DNA from: Pelomyxa schiedti
Taxonomy: Eukaryota > Protista > Evosea
DNA: 43,115 nt
Assembly: GCA_020536535.1 (NCBI GenBank)
Contig: JAHLWZ010000399.1
Location: 1-43,115, forward strand
Direction: 5' to 3'
Under the pieces are notes generated by a model that was not told the DNA's origin, did no database searches, and saw only the letters and a program-made list of their open reading frames with translations. This document shows positions 37,214 through 43,115 of this stretch, piece after piece. The position numbers and the translations under genes are program-made. How positions within the stretch are numbered: the first letter of the stretch is position 1; each line of letters opens with the position of its first letter.

Positions 37214-38626
37214 GTTCAGTGTCCCAAGTCTCTTCTAGGTGGGAAATAGTTTCCTCGAGCTCTGCGATTTTTTTCTTGTTGTTTACTGTCGCGAAGAGAA
37301 ACTAGAAGAGAATCAAAGGAGGGCTGGAAATTGGTCTTACAAACTCAAACTCATTTCCATTGCAGTGTACAATGAGTCAAGGCACCCCATAATAAGTTCG
37401 TGCCTGCAAAAAAAAATACTTTGACAACCTACATAAAAATGAAACATTGGGTTCATTGCCGGAACCTTCTACTGAAGCTTGCTCTTGCAATGCAGCCTAC
37501 ACCAAAGTAAAAATGAGAGTAAAAACGCTTGAGGATTTCCATACTTGGCATGGAGTCCAATTTTGGGAGAATGCCACTACAAACTGGTTTGCTAGCTATT
37601 GCCTCTCAGACATATCATATCACGCAACAATGACACGCTTAGTGTGGCTGATAGTTACCTTCCATACCTACAGGCATTAAGGGAGATTGTGCAAGGAGTT
37701 TGAGCTTACAGGCAAACAATAGACAGATTCTCTAGGATGGCAATGGGCCAGAGAGTAGAAAATGGGTGAAAACTATCCAGCAAAGAGAGCACAAATCCGC
37801 AGCCAGATGGCAAAGAGTCGGATAAGTTCTTGGTGGTTCTGGAGTAGAAAATAAATACACGCAACCCGAAGATAGTGACTGACCACTTGATTGATGTAGT
37901 GGTGGCGGACAGGGCGCATAAGAATCTGTCTACCATTTCACACACCAAAGCTGGAAACTATTGGAGCCTTACATTCTAAAATGCATAGAAATCCTACTTA
38001 ATTCACAATTAGTTTATTCAATTCGTTTGCATTGCGAGAGTGTTCTTATCCCAACACTAAATCCCTATATCCATCAAAATCACGCAATGTGTTATATTGG
38101 TGGATACAATAGATTCTAACCATAAGAGTACTCACAGCTCGTCTCACCAGTGAATGCCCCATGCGCCTCACAGTAGAGAGCAAATCACATCCCATTTCCT
38201 CTAGGTCAATAAGAACCTCAATGGGCAGGCCAGAAATCCTAGAACCAATGAGGGGAGCCTGGAGAGATATTTAGAAGGTTCTCTTACCCTGGGAGACTAT
38301 TGAAGATTGTGAGAGAACCATGCTCGTCCGGCTGCTTCATTTCTCCCCAATTATTTTGCCTACAGTAAAACGAAGGACAAACCCAAGCTTCTTTGTTGCC
38401 CTACTAATCTGCCAAACACTGCAGAGAAGCTAGTGAGCGAAAATGCAAATCTTTTACTTACTTCACATCCTTTCCCGTCACAATCCTGAGAAACTGACAC
38501 GCGTAAGCTCTGCCCTCAATCCAATTTGTATGTGTTCTTTGTGGTTCTTGGAATTGACGCACTGAGAATACTGAGGAACTGAGCTCAGTGGACTTGACTA
38601 AAAGAAGTGTCCAGGAACTAGTTCTA

Positions 38627-39200
38627 CTAGTAGAAAAAGGCTTCAAATTGCGCAGGGTGCAAGAGAACTTGGCGGAGATATCCAAAGTAATTGAATAGTT
38701 TCCAAAACTCACTCATACATTCTCCCAGCACTGGGCGCCCCTCCTCCACAAATAAATGATAGAAGGCATCCATGGCTGAAAAGGTGTACAACAGCTTCGT
38801 GGGAGGAATCACTTCTTTAAAGGTCTCTTTTGCGTGCTCCACAACTTCATGCGTGGAATACATGGTGAAACTCACAGTTCGATGTGCAGCTGAGGTACAG
38901 TCTTCTTTTTCTAGGAAATAATCCAATGTATAGTCTCGGAGTAGCTTCTCTATGTGAGGAATATCATAGGCAAGTTGCATATCACTCTCTATTCCTCTGA
39001 GTGGTTCTTCAAAACCTCTTAGCATTCCCTTATTAAAGCCATCACTTATCAACCGCAACGTGGGAATGCCAGCCGATTCAAAGCGCCAAACGTAATATGT
39101 TCCTCACAATCGCATCACTCATGCCTTTGATAGGAAACTCTTCTACACTGGCCGAATTGCTTCTGGCCCTATGTAGAAGTTTGAAAGGGGTGTCATTTTC
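38627..39200 (-). pseudogene. Degenerate coding fragment of unknown family, abutting the Gypsy remnant
   Basis: 143-aa protein-like ORF extendable upstream only through a frameshift. Ends in a premature stop. Confidence 0.3.
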
Positions 39201-39213
39201 TGCAGTGTTCTGA

Positions 39214-40916
39214 TTGGTGGCACATCACAACGCTCTGAACGGTGGCGGTCACAGAGGTGAAACTAAGATGATTCATCCGCTATCACAGAAGTACTGGTGG
39301 CCGAATCTTTGGAAAGACGTTGAAAACTGGTACAGAGAATGCACTGTATGCCAGCAATTCCGGAACTACAAGCCATCTTTCGAGCCAAAGAATCTCATTG
39401 CCCATTTTTAAGGGGATACGTAACTATGGACTTCTTCTTCCCGCCAGTGCCTTCAGCAGAGGACACACCTCTGTACTTCTGATGGTCGATCTACACTCTA
39501 GGTTGGTTAGGTTAAAAGCATTGAAGAATCGAGACGTACCGACCGTGTTGAGAGCAATAGAAAAGACATGGATTCGTACTCAAAGGATGCCCATTGAACC
39601 TCCTTAGCGATGAAGACAAGTCATTCATCAGTGAACTGAATGCAGAATTCTACCACGCTTGGGGAATATAGAAGATAACCATCACTGCTTATGAACCACA
39701 AAGCAATGGTGCCGCTGAAATCAGTTCGTGCAGTAAAACGGATCATGAGTAAGTATTTCGCCAAGAATCCTAGAAATTGGGAGAGAACGTTGCATTGAGT
39801 TGAGTTTGACTTCAATACTAGTATGTCCGAACTTACAGGAGAAGCACCATTCTTCATAGAACATCTTCGAGATCCTATTCTTCCCATCGATACTAACATT
39901 GAGCAAATCATTCCAACCACTGTGGAAGCCGGACCCTATGTTCAAGAGACATTGCGGAGCCGAGCCGAGATCAGAGACCTAGTTAGTGGTCAACAGAGGA
40001 AGGAAAAAGAGAAAGAATTACGGACTATGCGCAAGAGTGCGTTCCGAACGAGAGGCTTACGAGATTGGAACCAGACTATGGCTAAAAGTTCCAGAAACTC
40101 ACCAGAGACCCATGGAACCCAAGTGGTCAGGACCGTACAGAGTACTCCAAGTGAAATCAGAACTGATCAGAGAGATCAATCTAGACGATTCATCAGGCCA
40201 TCGTGTTGTTCATGTCAACAGATTGAAACCTTTCTATGGGAATGAAGAGCTGGTCCGTGAAGCTCGTCCGCCTAAACATCATCGTAAACATGCACAGCCG
40301 ACGATATCAGCTGCAAGACGTGAGAGAATTATCGAGGAAAGAACCAAAGATGAAATGTTGCACTACCGCGTAAATCTACAAGATCGACCAAAGAAAGATG
40401 CGCTGCATGGAGCAAAAAGGTGATCTTCCCGCTGCACTAGTACAGGTGAGGGAGACTGAAAAGCAATTTAGACCAGCTGGTACGAAACGCAACACCGCAG
40501 CACAAAACAAGTCACAACAGGGAAAGTACGAACTACCGAGAAGAGAATACTACATTTTCAATTTGGAGGCGCCACCGCCTCAGATCTCAACCCCGCAGCA
40601 CAACTAGCCCGGGATCTGAACCGGTGACTACAACAACCCAACCGCACCGACCACCGCTCTCACCAATAGGAGAAACGAGTCTATTGTTGCTACGTGCAGG
40701 TCGTCGTAGCAACGCTTCGAGCCTTGGGGAGCTGTGGCGAAGGGGAATTGATGAAAATTCCCAGCTTTTTCTTGAGTCTCACTTAAGACTCTGTCTGATC
40801 AAGCCAGCGCTTCTTCCCGTCATAGTGGGTGCGCACCTACACCCGCCATAAAATCGAGTCGTTGTGTGGGACTCTGAGAGTCGCATAGAAACTTTTCCCC
40901 AATAAAAACAATTTCA
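39214..40916 (+). mobile_element. 5'-truncated Ty3/Gypsy LTR retrotransposon remnant (integrase + chromodomain-like tail + candidate 3' LTR)
   Basis: HHCC finger HN...GHRG..KYWWPNLWKDV...CTVCQ, LMVDLHSR, NGAAE, PKWSGPYRV, VVHVNRLKPF, ERIIEER...HYRV. Many frameshifts and stops. Confidence 0.9.
40733..40916 (+). repeat. Candidate 184-bp 3' LTR
   Basis: Begins TG after a short purine tract GGGGAG. Has AATAAA at 40901 and ends CA. No second copy in the window. Confidence 0.4.
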
Positions 40917-41056
40917 AGACTTTATTTCCATTCTAGAGCTCGAATTTATATTCGAGGGGTCGGTGGTCTAGAAGTGAGCTGCCCCCATCGGATACTGGTG
41001 CCGTTGTTGTTTAAAGAGCTGGCTGGGTCGGTGTGATGAAGCTGAAGTTGCATTTG

Positions 41057-42444
41057 TTATTTGTTCCAATGCATTTCGAGGTCAAAACCCCCACGTTTCA
41101 CACAGATCTTTCAGATAGGAATCCGGCTGCATGGAGAGTAACTTAAGAAGAAGGCTTTGAGACTACGTACATCATTGGTTTTAGCAATGAGGCACTCCTT
41201 AACACATTCTGAGTAAAGGGCACACTTTTTTTCCTTCCAGTGAACCAATGATGATAGGACTGCGGCTGTTTATTTCAATGATTAATGTTCTTTAGCTTAC
41301 TTTGATTTAATATAAAGTCTATTTGTTCTTTCAAGAATTCCTCAGTCACTCCAATATCCTGGGCTGCTAGTTCTACGGATGCAGTCTGATTCTCTATTAG
41401 ATATGCTATCAGTATTTGCGCTGAGAGGGAGATAGTGAGTCATTGGGGGGGAAAAAAAAAGAATGGGGTATCAACATGCTCTCTGATGGTTGTCAAAGGT
41501 GTTCCATATTGCACTGTATATGTGGTTTGGACTCCCAAGTTTGATACGGAAATCACCTAGCTTGACAGTATAGGGAGTGCGGGGACTCCATGACTTTTCC
41601 CACATTTCATAGTGAATCTTAATGTCGTTATTGTGGAAGACAACTAAATTTTATTTACTTTAGCGGGCTCCCTTCTCAGGCTACCCTTTCGTGGAGTGTG
41701 CTTTAGAAAACACTTTCTACCAGGGCTAAATTTTCCAATGATATGATGTGGTTACAGTCAGCCTCGGAACAGTAGAACACGAAGTCATCTAAACTGAAAT
41801 CTTTCAAGCTGTGCAGCTGAGATGCCGTCAATCAAAGTAAAATGTAATGTTTCACGCACCTTTGTGCCATACTTGTTTATTATGTCCTGTTCCGTAAGTG
41901 CACCAGAGACACCCTTTTGGCACAGATGTTAGTGAGGAGACACCTGCACCCATATGCTGGGAAAAACCATGAAAGTCTCAGTTGATTTGGACTGGCCACA
42001 GAGTGAGCACACTGCTACAGGGGCATCAGCAAGGCGCTCAGCCGTCCCCAATTCAGGCTCCAAGCGTCCCCTTTTGTTGAGAGGTTCTTGTGGGTCAGAC
42101 TCACTTGTGGTGTCTTTGACCTCCGAGGCACTCAAGCTCGAAACGGCGCCGGAACATGCTGCTGTGCGCACAGTGCAAGTCGTAGTAGCTGTGGTCGTTG
42201 CTGCCCCTGTTGTGATAGTGCACATTCCCGTCTCCGTCTTCTTGTCAAGGGGTGCCTCACGGCGCCGTGAACTTAGCGGCAATCGTTTGATGGGGGCTGT
42301 GTGCCGAAGTGGTGACAACGACGGCGACATTGAAGAAGAAGGCGATTCGGGCACGAGTCCTGAGGGCGGTACCCGCAGCCTTGACATCAGTGTTTGTTCG
42401 TGAAATGGCGGAATAAAATAATCAACGGACCGGAACGCTGTCAT
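41057..42444 (-). CDS. Hypothetical multi-exon protein (CxxC motif, helical/wHTH-like C-terminus)
   Basis: First exon ORF 41929-42444 (CSLC). Downstream exons QILIAYLIENQTASVELAAQDIGVTEEFLKEQIDFILNQ and SYLKDLCETWGFDLEMHWNK* are flanked by GT-AG introns. Confidence 0.55.
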
Positions 42445-43115
42445 TTTCGTTATCGTCGCTCAGGATCGGTGGTCTGGTGTTTTTTTTATTCAGCCAAATG
42501 GTGGTTCGCTTGAACTTCATTTCCACACGTCTGTCAAAAACAATCAGAAAAAGTGTACCTGAAGTCAAAGAAGCGCTACCCCAGCTAAAACTGCTAGCTT
42601 TTAGCTAGAGGTTCAGCTAGGACTAGATCTCTTAGCTGCTAGCTGCCCTCTCCAACACCAGCTAAAGATTAGATCCTGTGATCAATCCAGTTCCATAGTT
42701 GTGTCTGGTTTGGTGACTAAATCTGAAGACAGTCTTAACAGTGAACACCCTGCCACACACTGTTGTGGTTGCAGTGGTTAGGGGTTGGCTTTTCAAGCAC
42801 AGAGCCCTGAACCAGATTTCCCTTCTAAAAAAGGAAACTCTTGCCTTATCTGGATTCCAAATTATTCATCCACAAACCCAATCTACAGCACAAAAAGTAA
42901 CTTTCTGTTTTTCAAACGATGGGATGACAAATACCTGTCACACCTTTGAGGCCCCAAAAAGGGGAGACGATTAGAAAAAATGAGTGGAGGTGAGAAACGA
43001 CAAAGGATGAAGTGTTGCTGGGAGGGTGAGGGCAAGTTGGTCGGGATGAGGGTGCAGGACCAAGTTGGGGCACTGCTGATGGCGGGGCATGCTCGGTGCG
43101 GGAGGCTGAGCCCGG

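Noticed and set aside
42970-43115. 3' end of another minus-strand gene
   Set aside because: Too short and the frame is ambiguous.

Overview
Eukaryotic, intron-rich genomic scaffold with short (~40-60 nt) introns, mostly GT-AG and a few GC-AG, and two 100-N gaps. The style resembles an amoebozoan/archamoeba genome such as Pelomyxa (inference only). A compact gene-dense core (4.5-29.3 kb) carries about ten genes, all on the minus strand: a longin-VIT-vWA-R-SNARE fusion protein, a FERM protein, a tail-anchored TBC Rab-GAP, PLPBP/YggS, a TKL kinase fused to a PQQ-type beta-propeller, an LCM-type methyltransferase, a GT8 glycosyltransferase and three hypotheticals. Both flanks (1-4.2 kb and 29.8-41 kb) are mosaics of decayed transposons (hAT-like, Plavaka/CACTA-like, pogo/DDE_1, chromodomain-bearing Ty3/Gypsy) and B-box/FN3 gene fragments, and they share collinear near-identical repeats. 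The most striking item is the spliced gene at 4521-8307, which appears to place a VWA5A-type VIT-vWA module between a longin domain and an intact R-SNARE motif, with no membrane anchor. Gene models were spliced by hand and domain calls come from motif recognition, not database searches.
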